A DNA stretch of 63,622 nt, counting the filler, from Asterionella formosa (taxonomy: Eukaryota), in the NCBI GenBank assembly GCA_002256025.1. It is 27 parts of 27 records of this genome, joined end to end, with 100 filler letters (N's around TTAATTAATTAA, not from the genome) between each part and the next. Parts side by side here need not be neighbours in the genome. Positions count along the whole stretch, not along the records: positions 49,708 to 50,776 come from NKIB01004548.1; positions 50,877 to 51,944 come from NKIB01004549.1; positions 52,045 to 53,112 come from NKIB01004550.1; positions 53,213 to 54,280 come from NKIB01004551.1; positions 54,381 to 55,448 come from NKIB01004552.1; positions 55,549 to 56,616 come from NKIB01004553.1; positions 56,717 to 57,784 come from NKIB01004554.1; positions 57,885 to 58,952 come from NKIB01004555.1; 19 more parts are not named here. One strand, 5' to 3'. Of this stretch, positions 49,708 through 61,074 are shown piece by piece (positions within the stretch are counted from its first letter, which is position 1; the number at the start of each line of letters is the position of its first letter). Below the pieces are notes generated by a model that was not told the origin of the DNA, made no database searches, and was given only the letters and a program-made list of their open reading frames with translations. The position numbers were made by a program, and so were the translations under genes.

Positions 49708-50776
49708 GTCGAGCACCAAAGGTCAACGGAGCCACAAACTGCTGTCGCTGGCAGATTTCGGGGATCTGCATCGACAACTGCGAACGGAAAGATGCACACG
49801 TTCAGTTAACAGGGGAAAACAAGAAAGCCTTTGCGAAATTTTTCAACGAGGCAATTCGCGACTTATCCCCAGCAATCCGCAACTCGAATCCGCAACACTG
49901 ACTAGGGCAGGCCCGAGTAACTGTAAATGATTCTATTTCGAAGCAATTAACAGCCTACTGCGGTTCCTCGTCATCACTCGTAGCTCGCACAGCACTCTCC
50001 ATTCCAGCACTAACCATTGTCGATGCAACAAAGATTCGTATTGTTGCCAATATGTCTCAATCATTACTTCCCACATCAAGCTCAAAATTTTTTGCGCGCA
50101 TAGAAAACCAAATTGCTTCCACGCCTCGCATCACGCAACCAAATCTACCGCCCTTACCTTCATTAACCTTCACAAAACCCCCGCCATATCCACCACCACT
50201 ACATAACCCAATCCCACAGCACGAACAAATTCAACATTTAATGGCCGGTGACACCCCTCGGTATGAGGAACTCCGTGAACCACCACCCGCATCAAATCCA
50301 GCAGACCAGGCCAGTCATGGGGAAACACATACAGACATTACACGCATACTATGCATTCAGCGCATCATGGAAACACGCTCACCTACCATGCATGCACCGG
50401 CTTTCCGTTTTGCATGGAGTCATGAGGCAGCCGTTCACAACTGGGAAATCCTAGCACAATTTGACCTCGACATCCAACGGGCAATTACCAGTCAAGCACG
50501 GTCCCCACTCAGTATCGGATCGGAATTCAGAGACCTACACCTACTACAACCCCTCCTGTCCTACCACCCGCTCTGGTCACGCTTCGCTATGCTACTTACG
50601 AAGGGTGTCGAATTCCCGTTGTTGCCACTCACGGAAGAGCAACGCCTTGCTGACCTGGCCTTGGCAATGTCGCGTGGCAATCACTCCTCTGCGAAATCGA
50701 AAAGGGACGTGGTCAAGAAGCTGCTGATCAAAGAAGTTGAACGCGGTTGGCAACTACCACTACCTCCCGAAAAAAT
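49708..50776 (+). mobile_element. DIRS/Ngaro-like retrotransposon gag-pol junction
   Basis: Gag end CCRWQISGICIDNCERKDAH (Zn finger) stops at TGA 49899-49901. The same frame continues to PAFRF...AAVHNWEIL...GSEFR...HPLW...RGNHSSA...KEVERGWQLPLP, which resembles the region N-terminal to RT in diatom YR retroelements. Confidence 0.7.
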
Positions 50777-51622
50777 NNNNNNNNNNNNNNNNNNNNNNNN
50801 NNNNNNNNNNNNNNNNNNNNTTAATTAATTAANNNNNNNNNNNNNNNNNNNNNNNNNNNNNNNNNNNNNNNNNNNNGTTGGAATTGAAAGCTGCAGAGAT
50901 CTTGTGAATGATTTGAACTTGGCACTGAACGCAGCCTTTGAATCGTATGAGAAGTAGGACACCAACCTTCTTCGGCGTGCTGCATGGCTGGTGGAAGTTG
51001 TCTCGTGGTTAAATTCGTCTGAAGCCGATAACAGGGTTGTGAAAACTCTGAACGATCGGGATAGCTGGATTTCTTCTCGTTTTCCCCTTGCAGGCAGGAA
51101 AATACTTGCCAAACTACAAGTAAAGGAGTACCGGTATTATAATTTCTTGTCCGAGAATGCAGACTACAAGGCGCTGAACTCTGCAGTAGTATGTTACGCC
51201 AAAATATGGTCACACGGTATGTAGGCACATTTTCCCTCAAAAATGGAAATCGTATCCTTCTGATGTTCCTGGTACCTGGTACCTGGTAGTCAAATTATTA
51301 GTCCTCAGCATTTTCACCATAAAAAAATAATTTTACTCTCACAGAATGTTATACTACGACCTGGTACCAGGTACCGATGTCCGGGGACCTTAATTCAGAA
51401 AACTAAAATACCAGGGGTACCTATCCTAGAGGCGCGAGTAAAGGTTGACCGAACTAGTGGCGGTGGGGTACCAGGTACCAGGTACCGGTAGACTACTCAT
51501 ACCAAATACCGGTATGGTACCAGCCGAACTTCATGAAGGTGAATCTTACGAAATAATAAAAATAAAAATAAAAAACGAGGACAGTAGCTTCGAACTCCGC
51601 GCCTGTGAATTAAAAGTAAATT

Positions 51623-51704
51623 CGACGACGGTGAGATTCGAACTCACGCGCTCATAGAGCAATGGATTAGCAATCCATCGCCTTAACCACTCGGCCACGT
51701 CGTC
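51623..51704 (-). tRNA. trnS-GCT: tRNA-Ser (anticodon GCT)
   Basis: GACGACG TGGCCGAGTGGTTAAGGC G ATGGA TTGCTAA TCCAT, long variable arm, GTGAG TTCGAAT CTCAC CGTCGTC G: a complete cloverleaf. Confidence 0.97.
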
Positions 51705-52785
51705 ATCAATTTTCCAGCACACTGGAACTTGAAAAATTGTGAAGACTGATAAATTTTATACCTTGAAGAAAACTCAAAACATAATCATAAAAATTTTTTG
51801 CTACCGGTAGTAGAGTAGTTCATATTGGATAACATGTTACAAATCGAAATCTACCTGCAGCGTTAATTTGCATTACTAAATCTAGTTCCACGTACGACTT
51901 CGTACCGGCAGTACTCATTCCAATTCCAAACTGATACATTTGTCNNNNNNNNNNNNNNNNNNNNNNNNNNNNNNNNNNNNNNNNNNNNTTAATTAATTAA
52001 NNNNNNNNNNNNNNNNNNNNNNNNNNNNNNNNNNNNNNNNNNNNAGGACTTACGGGAGGGCAGTTGCCATTTTCGATTTTTGGATGAATCAGCAATAATG
52101 CTGCCGCCATATACCGGTAGTTGGGAAGGATAGAATTGCAATTGATTGTTTATTTTAGTCCTATTACCATCTCTGGACGACAAAAGGATCGACAGCCAAG
52201 CAAGCGTCTTTACTTATTATTCAAATGGAGTTGCTATTTTCAATTTATTTTCTATTTTGCCGGTGCATTGTACATTCGACTCCTACGACCCGCCCCAAAT
52301 CGCAATCCGATTTGTTGGGTTTTTGGTTACTAACTACCAGTAATGTCAAGAATTTTAGCCCGAGTCACAAGGATTGTGGACTCGATTGTAATCGAACGAG
52401 TCGAATATTGCATTGCCACGTCAATCAGCTGTCTAACGAGATCAGAGATTGAAGATTTCTATGGAAATGTTAAGTGGAAACTCGAAGAGAGTCTTAGAAT
52501 GACTTTGCAGGAAGCAAAGATGCATGGAAAGGAAACATTTAGTTTAGCTTATAATTTAATTTGAGATTTAGATTATCAACCGAGGAAACAGTGTGTTAAT
52601 TGACAGGAAGGTCAATTAGTCTATCTAGCAGGAAGGCTAGAAGCAGAGACAAGAGAGAAAGTAAGTGGTACTAGGTAGTACTACGATCACGTAAGAGTCT
52701 ACGTGAAGAGAGACCCAACCCGCGGGAAGGAGTACGGACCATTTCAACACGCTTTAAAGCGATAGGTTTGAAAGGGTACTCAAGA

Positions 52786-53112
52786 TGGGAATTGACGACG
52801 AATCGTCAGGAGTGCGGTTGCCAACATTTGATGGTACCGATGCCAAGTGGCATGTTTGGAAAGCGAAGTTTGTGGCCTATGCCTGCTACAAAGGTTTTGA
52901 AGGAATCCTAAATGGAGATGAAGTATCACCAGGTGAGAGAGATTCAGCTGGAGTGAAGATTGTTCCGAGCGACAACGATGAGAAGCGTGCGAAACGAAAT
53001 AATACGGTTGCCTATGCAAGTTTGATTATGGCATGTCAGAGTGGACCATTTGGATACGTAAATGGTGCCAGAAGTGAAGAGTTCCCCAATGGAAATGCGA
53101 AGGAAGCGTGGG
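52786..53112 (+). mobile_element. Ty1/copia gag N-terminus (partial)
   Basis: VRLPTFDGTDAKWHVWKAKFVAYA..KGF..IL...AYASLIMAC...GNAKEAW. Confidence 0.8.
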
Positions 53113-54380
53113 NNNNNNNNNNNNNNNNNNNNNNNNNNNNNNNNNNNNNNNNNNNNTTAATTAATTAANNNNNNNNNNNNNNNNNNNNNNNNNNNNNNNN
53201 NNNNNNNNNNNNCTCTTCATTCCACAGAGTTTGTGTGATTGATTGTTGAATCTGATGGCATTCTTTCTCGTCCCCATTGATTGTCCATGTGAAAATTCCA
53301 CCAAAACATTCAGTTGCACTTCTACAATGAAGGTTAGTAGGCACCAATGCTTTCCTTGCTTCCTGGCCATCTCCCTGAATATCGCCCGTTGTCTATCACC
53401 AATGTTGGCTCCGAAATATTCCCCTTCCACATGCCAAGAATTGTAGCTATGGCAATAATGCTCTCCCTTGGCAACTCAAACACAGCTGTCTGTCAGATAT
53501 TCAAGGATGAAGAAGGAGGGTTGCAGTAGTGGAAGAGGAAACGATAGCGAATGACAACAAGGATGAAGGAGGAAGATGAGGAGAGGAGAGTAGTGTGAGT
53601 CAATTAACGAACCTGACAAGCTCAAAAGTAGGAATTTGGAAGGGGGTATGTTAAAAGAGTGATCAGAGTATATTTAAAGTAGTTTTTGTAGAGATAGAGA
53701 ATAGAGCGAGAACATCAGACGGGCGTTCAAGATAAACAGACAGATACATGAATCTACGTCATGATACTAGGACAGTGATTAATAACAGTTAGTGCATGTT
53801 TCTGTAAACAAGAACAATCAGCAATCATCAAATTAAGTTTCAACCAGCACCATATGCCAAGTTGATGACTTGAGACTTCATCGCACAAGTCCAACTTTCA
53901 TCCATGCAATCATGGTCAGCCAATTGGATACTTGTCTATCCTAATTAAACACTTACCTTCGACGGAGTATTGCAACAATGTTTCAACATGTGTTGCACTA
54001 GTGCGAACATCACCAGAGGACGAAGAATGATGATTCCATGGTCTGTTCGACTTGAATGTGTTTTCAAAATATTTGTCTAAATCTATTTTGGAAAAAATTA
54101 CTGCGATCATGTTTTTCCATTTTTACATAGCCACATACCATAGCCCAAATTTCAATTCATGATGTGTGAAATTTAAATAGCTTGTTTTGATGATCATGTA
54201 ACTTCATCAAAAGTATAGAATTTCTGGTAAGCATTTTCAAGGATGCATCCTGTGGTTACAGGGAGGGTGCTAAAGAAATANNNNNNNNNNNNNNNNNNNN
54301 NNNNNNNNNNNNNNNNNNNNNNNNTTAATTAATTAANNNNNNNNNNNNNNNNNNNNNNNNNNNNNNNNNNNNNNNNNNNN

Positions 54381-55031
54381 CTGGTAAGTCCATCTTTTCT
54401 TCTAGTGCTACCTATCTCTAGCCAGGCTTTTGCGGCCGGGATTTGTCGGGTCACTAGCATAGTGGCATAACGGGGTGGTAAATGGACAATATTTCGCACT
54501 GTAATGTATTCAGTATATTGACCATAAAGGGAGTTTCCGGCTGCATCAGACATGGGGCCTATGAACTCCCCATTTTCGTCAGAGTTCGGCTCCCAATTTG
54601 CTAGTGCTTCATCCATAGTTTGGAGGGTAGGAGCATACACCGAGCAAACCAGCAACAGCAAATACCTCAGGAGCAATGTGCACCAAGGGTATCTGGTTTG
54701 CAGTGATGTCTCCAAGGATTCCGAATAGTTTGTTATCCCAAGGGGAGGATTCGGTGAAGGATCCTGGGTAGCAGAAGATACGATGCACACAGGCGATGTT
54801 TACCATGTCATTCATGCGAAGTGTGACAGCGAAAGCTTGATGTGTGGTTTCACCGCCACTAACTATCCTGTTCTCCATTTGTTTGGCATTGAGCTGGTTA
54901 TGTATGGTAGATTCGTAACTATCACAAAAATAGTCAAAAAAGGGGCTACGAAGCTTTTCTAAAAATCTACGATACATAACTGCAGTTTTTCTCCAGAAGT
55001 TAACTCCTGACGTTATGGGGTACATGGCCAT
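54381..55031 (-). mobile_element. Degenerate ORF1/gag of a DIRS/Ngaro-like element
   Basis: IACVHRIFCYPG...SPWDNKLFGILGDI, then a frameshift, then IGPMSDA..TEYITVRNIVHLPPRY..AWLEI. Recognised from memory as resembling ORF1 of diatom YR retroelements. Confidence 0.5.
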
Positions 55032-56515
55032 CTACTTTAATCTTCATTGAACCCCGCATATGTAGAGCAATCCTCCTCCAAAAAGTCGACCCGATCGGCT
55101 TTTTCAACAGTCGCCAAAATATTGGAATTGGAATTTCTATGTGCAAAACATTCTCGTATACTTAGAGTCTTGTGTAGGTATGTTTGCTGCTTAATTCTCA
55201 GTCCGAAAACCCTTTGGGGTACATTGCCGCGTCACTACACATATTCTGATTGGTTGAATTGAATTTACTCACCTGCTCCACATTGGCTGAAGTATTACAG
55301 CCACACTTGAGACACTTGAACCACATGTATTGGATATTAAAATCTGTACCGGTACACCGGTTCTAGTTTCATCCTGTCTTCCATGATCGTCATGGACCGA
55401 GATAATGCACTAAACTAACGGTACACTGGTATCAGGGTACCTGGTACCNNNNNNNNNNNNNNNNNNNNNNNNNNNNNNNNNNNNNNNNNNNNTTAATTAA
55501 TTAANNNNNNNNNNNNNNNNNNNNNNNNNNNNNNNNNNNNNNNNNNNNTTGTTATTTGCCTTTCAAGTTTCTAATTCCAAAACTATATAATTTTTAAATG
55601 AGTGACGCTACAGTCTTATCCAAAGAAATGGGTATCACCTTGTACTTTTGGGGGGTTGAGGCTGTTTTCTTACTCTCGTAGGTTTCATCGTTGTTAATGA
55701 GATGACTGCGATTTGCCTCAATTTTTGGTGTGTCGGAAGCAATTTCTGCTGTCAATTACGGTCTCTGACATGAAAATATGGCTCCATTTTTGGCCTTCAA
55801 GAAATATTGCATTCATTTACTAAGAGTGACTAATTTACTCATTTATTGCTATAGTACATGGTCCATGGCGGTTAAACGCAAATAAATATATATTAGATAT
55901 AAAGTGTTCTACACAAATGTATATATGTATTACCAGGAGATGCCGGCTCAATGGTATAATATTTTTTTGCCACTTTTGAGCCAATCGCTACTTTCTGACA
56001 CATTTATCTGATTATCTAAAATACAATACGTAATCAACAACTAGATATGTTGTGTCCGGCGCAACATCAGGAACAACTTTGTCGTACTAAATGTAGTCAT
56101 AACTGGAAAATTAGAAAAAATCTATGTATACATTGTGAATATTATATCGTTAAGTGACTCAAAGCCATTCTTCGAAGTGGCTCAAAGCCATTTTTAACTG
56201 GTACCAGGTAATCTTGTATAGCATCTCACAAGGACTGTGGACTCGACTAAAGTCCAATGAGTCAAATGGTGCGTTCCCATATCAAGACGCAAGCTTGGTA
56301 ACAAGATTGGTTAACATCAACAAAAAGGGAACACAAAGAACAGGTTCTTGAAGTGTGATGAATAGGATTGAAGCTTAGTTTTATTTTAAGCTCATAATTA
56401 AGAAACAGTGAGAATTGACAGAGTAAGGTCAATAGCGAAAACTAGCACGAAGGCGCGCTAGCAGCAGAAAGCAGAAGATGACAATACTAGTATATAAATA
56501 GGTAAGACCTATGTA

Positions 56516-56577
56516 GGGGAACGGCTTAGTGGTTAGCATACCCACTGTGGTGGCGGGTTCGATTCCTGCATTCTCCA
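56516..56577 (+). ncRNA. tRNA-Ala-like module, copy 2, with upstream TATA and downstream T5
   Basis: Acceptor GGGGAAC/ATTCTCC-A with G3:U70, D-arm GCT/AGC and T-arm GCGGG-TTCGATT-CCTGC. Only 15 nt separate the D and T arms. Confidence 0.65.
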
Positions 56578-57884
56578 CCTGTCTTTTTCATGTAGTCCCT
56601 ACTAGGGTTCTGGGGGNNNNNNNNNNNNNNNNNNNNNNNNNNNNNNNNNNNNNNNNNNNNTTAATTAATTAANNNNNNNNNNNNNNNNNNNNNNNNNNNN
56701 NNNNNNNNNNNNNNNNGTGTTGCTTGTATGCCCATGGTAGATCTTGTTTCTACTTCCTCAGAGCGTCTAATTGAGTCTATTGAATCTGATAGACTTGATA
56801 TAAAATCTCCCCCTCCTTCCAAAGCAAAAGCAAAATTTCAATTAAAGGCAACTCCAGACATGGTTGCCAATCTGGAAGAAGCAGTCCATGAATTGTCACC
56901 AAAGAGTTCCGAAATTGTAGGAGTGATTGGGAAAGTAAATAAAGAACAGGTCAAGGAGGAAAATGATTTATCCCATTTATCCAGCAGTAACAAGTTGGAA
57001 TTATTGAAAGAGGACAAGGTCACCAGTCTGGATGTAGTTCATGGGTGCATTTGGTGGCATATCGTTGTCTTTCTGATGTAGTCTAAAATCTCGAGGAAAG
57101 TGCCGAGTTTTCCATAAAATCATCGCTGGTTCTATATGATTCCGAGATTTCTTTGAAGTTTCAAATGATGTTTTGTTAAACAAGCCAGACTTTGGGACCA
57201 CATAGAATTTGTTGAGAACAAAATCCAGGACACTGTCATCTAGTCTCCTCTTCTCCTCGCCTTTGTCATCATGATCAAAGTATCTGACCAGTAAGAGTCG
57301 TTCCTTACTCTTCTGTTGTCTCTTGAACAGACATGAAAAACTCCATAGAAACAGGTTTTTCCTGATTGAAAAATCTGCGATTGGATTCCCCTTCACAACA
57401 AAGATCATTCCATTCCTTGTAGCACTTGGAACATTTGCCATTCCAGATAACAAGTGATATATTGCACTATAGATAGCTTGCAAATGTCAAGTTGTCAAGA
57501 AAAACGTGACTGTAACAGAACAAGGAAGCAGAAAGGGATAATGGTCTGTCAACTATAGGATTAGACAGTGGGCGAGTGTTGGATTGGAAGCGATGCAGCA
57601 CCGACATATTCAGTAATATACATTAGATTGGTAGCGCAAAGCTACAGTTTCATAGTAAAAGCTTAGTAATAGGTACAGTTTCACTGTAGCCACATCATAT
57701 TCCAACCGGGTATTGAACCGGGTATTGAGACAAGGGGAAGAAGGGAATGCTGGCTGGTAGGGCAAACCTACAGTTTCACAGTACNNNNNNNNNNNNNNNN
57801 NNNNNNNNNNNNNNNNNNNNNNNNNNNNTTAATTAATTAANNNNNNNNNNNNNNNNNNNNNNNNNNNNNNNNNNNNNNNNNNNN

Positions 57885-58951
57885 CCACTGCCATGACCCA
57901 GTACTGATTGCCAACAGCAAATTTCGCGTAGGGTCCGCTGATGTCCACAAACAGTCTCTCTCCAGGTACCGTCGATTTTTCTTGCGTTGTTTTTGGGACG
58001 GCTCGTGCTTTAGCTTTCGCTGCCGCACAGCCTGCGCACACTGTCATGATGCCGCTCAACTTCCATCCAAATAATTTTGCCGTATCGTGCAAACATTTCT
58101 CGCCCACATGACCAAGCATCGCATGCGCTTCATTGATATCGACAATCACATAATTATTTTCAAACTCACCATTTTGATTATTCCATTTGTTCTTTCCTTT
58201 GTTCGTTTTCTTTGCTTCAACTTTCGTCCAATCGTTTTCGTTGTAGTCGTCGATCGATTGTTGTGTCGCGTTCTCTTGTAGTTGATCGACTTCCATCACC
58301 GTTTGCTTGATGATCGGATTACCTTCGACATGATACATTGCTCCGAGCTTTCGAGTTTTATCTCTTTTGCAGGTTAGAAAACCGCTCTTGTTTCGTATCG
58401 TCATCCTATCGTCCTCGAAGATCACTTGATTACCCTTGTCGATCATTCTAGAGACACTGATGATGTTCTGCTTGAACTCCGGTGCATAAAGCACATCGGT
58501 GAGTTTCAAGCGTTTTCCTTCGTCCGTAGTCGTCAGGGTTACAGTACCAGAGACAGTTGATACTATCTCAGTTCCATTCCCTACCACGACCGTTTCACTC
58601 ACTTGTTTCTTGTCTTCCATCATGCGCACGTCTGTGCAGATGTGAACAGTAGCACCGCTGTCTAACAACCAGCGATTTCTGACGTCACGAGCGAGGTTGA
58701 CTTCCTCGTTGTAACTAATTTCGACGCACGTGCTGGCGACGAACATTCCTTGCTGCTGGGTAGATGTAGTCGTGTTGTTCTCTTCGTTTCTATTATTCTT
58801 AGATGCACTGTTACTAGTGCACTCTCTTGCGTAGTGTCCCATGCGTTGGCACTTGAAACACTTGATCGTTTTCCTCTTTTCTTTCTGCTCAGGAGTGAGC
58901 TCCTTCTTTTCGGCACTATTGCCCTTGCTGCGACATTCAGCCGCCTTGTGG
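57885..58951 (-). mobile_element. Ty1/copia gag-pol fragment (zinc knuckle, protease, pre-integrase, integrase start)
   Basis: CFKCQRMGHYAREC, WLLDSGATVH, HAMLGH..CAGC..KA, PGERLFVDISGP. Confidence 0.95.
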
Positions 58952-59052
58952 CNNNNNNNNNNNNNNNNNNNNNNNNNNNNNNNNNNNNNNNNNNNNTTAA
59001 TTAATTAANNNNNNNNNNNNNNNNNNNNNNNNNNNNNNNNNNNNNNNNNNNN

Positions 59053-59350
59053 TTGCCTTCCAGTGGCATACCGGTAGTAGGACTGAAGCGCGTCCAGAAA
59101 GATACGCTCCTTTTCGGCTACTGTGAGACGAATGAGTTCCCCACTTTCCGGATCGACGACACAGTATTCCTCGTCAGGAATGCATTCTTCTTCCTGCAAG
59201 TTACCGGTAGTCTCAAAGAATCGTCCAGACTTGGCGTCGTAAGCGATTTCTCTCGTTCCGCTCGTAATGGTGATCTTTTCGTCGCTTCCTTCTTCGGCCA
59301 TTAAAAGTGGACCAGCAACGGCCACACGACCAGCTGTTGTCGTTGTCTTC
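59053..59350 (-). pseudogene. PGRL1: PGRL1-like gene fragment, copy A
   Basis: CIPDEEYC...RLTVAEKERIFLDALQSYY..ATGRQ. It carries two 6-bp TACCGGTA-forming segments, and no signal peptide is visible upstream. Confidence 0.65.
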
Positions 59351-59378
59351 CTTAAAGTTCGATGATCTTAAATTCATT

Positions 59379-60014
59379 TACCGGTACCGGTACCGGTACC
59401 GGTACCGGTACTGTCCCGCTGTAGTAGCAGCAGTCATAGACATACCGGTATGGTGTTCTATTGCTTGCTTATTACCGGTACCGCTTTTCAGTTTCACGAT
59501 CATACAATCCTAAAACTAGCTACCGTATGATGATTTACTATGGTGTGATATTGCTTGCTTATTACTCCGACTACCACTTTTCAGATTTACGATCATACGA
59601 TCCTAAAACTATGATGACTTACTGTCCCACAAAATTTGCAACAATCATGAACATATGGTGTTCTATTTGTTTTTAGTTTTTCGATCATACGATCCTAAAA
59701 CTATGATGATTTACTGTCCCACTAAATTTGCAACAGTCATGAAAATATGGTGTTCTATTTGTTTTTAGTTTTTCGATCATACGATCCTAAAACTATGATG
59801 ATTTACTGTCCCACTGCAGTAGCAACAGTCCTGAACATATGGTGTTCTGTACCTGGTACCTGGTGCCAGTAAAGTACCTGGTACCTGGTACCCGAATACC
59901 GGTTGCGTACCTGTAGGTAAAACCGTCCTTCCCCGGTCAGCCAACCCAGCAGCTGCAGCAGCAGCAGCTGCAGTACCAGGTACCAGGTACCAGGTACCAG
60001 GTACCAGGTACCAG
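59379..60014. repeat. ~90-bp tandem repeat (about 4.5 copies) bracketed by (TACCGG)5 and (GTACCAG)6 arrays
   Basis: CGATCATACGATCCTAAAACTATGATGATTTACTGTCCCAC...ATATGGTGTTCTA repeats; microsatellites at 59379-59410 and 59973-60014. Confidence 0.9.
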
Positions 60015-60469
60015 CAGCAGACAATGGTGGACTCGGAGTACCGGTAAGTTGTTGGTCGTCAAGGGACGAATTCCCCTGAATTCGCTCTTAACTCTTTTTT
60101 GCACAACATTCGCACTTGAANNNNNNNNNNNNNNNNNNNNNNNNNNNNNNNNNNNNNNNNNNNNTTAATTAATTAANNNNNNNNNNNNNNNNNNNNNNNN
60201 NNNNNNNNNNNNNNNNNNNNACCAGGTACCTGGTCGTAGAGACTGCCTGCGAGTAATCTTGAGTTCGATTTGCCCCTTGCAGGTTGACCGAACGAGTGAC
60301 GCCCGGGCGCTGCGAGAAGGTCAACCTGCGAGGGCCTCCCAAGCCTCGAACTCGAACACTACATTTCGAGTAGGCGGACTCCTCCCGAGTACCGGTAGGG
60401 TCTTAACTAGGCAAATCTCAAACTAGATATCGGCGCGCTTTTTGCCACTACGTTGCCGTTTCAGCTGAA

Positions 60470-60661
60470 ATTGAAAACTATTTTTGATAGTTTGTACGTT
60501 AGATGCGAACTAGCCAATTGCCCTTCATATGAAACTCAAGGCTGGTTGCATAAAAAAATTATCATATTGAAAACTATTTTAGATAGTTTGTACGTTAGAT
60601 GCGAACTAGCCAATTGCCCTTCATATGAAACTCAAGGCTGGTTGCATAAAAAAATTATCAT
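60470..60661. repeat. 96-bp near-perfect tandem duplication
   Basis: ATTGAAAACTATTTT.GATAGTTTGTACG...AAAAAATTATCAT occurs twice. Confidence 0.92.
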
Positions 60662-61074
60662 AGTAGCCCACGTAGAACTGGTACAAAATATTATCCTTAT
60701 CTCTATAGGTTTAAGGAATATCACGCCAATTTGTTCGCTTCAATCACCTCACCATGTTGCTCAATATCGCCGCCGTTACTTGGGCTAAAGTGACTCCCCG
60801 AAGGCTTTTAGTTGCGTTCTTCTAGTCATGAGTGGAACGCTTTTGGGGAATCACTTTTCACGTGATAACAAAAAAGTTGTAGCAATATCAGTTATGGCTG
60901 CTATCAGCGACCCTGCCATTCTTGGTATTTGGTTGCCGGTCAATCAATTCAGGGAATATCACCAGGAAAGTAATCTCTTGGCGATAATATAAAATTTAAT
61001 ACTAATAAATTGATAAGGTATCTAAATAAGGTGTTTACAAATCTATCTTTGGAAGCAAATGAGGTCGAGATTTC

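Noticed and set aside
56516..56577. Functional canonical tRNA gene
   Set aside because: The D-to-T arm spacing is too short for a 7-nt anticodon loop plus variable region, so it is reported as tRNA-like instead.
59420..59850. Possible CRISPR array
   Set aside because: Whole ~90-bp units repeat with no unique spacers, there are no cas genes, and the context is eukaryotic.
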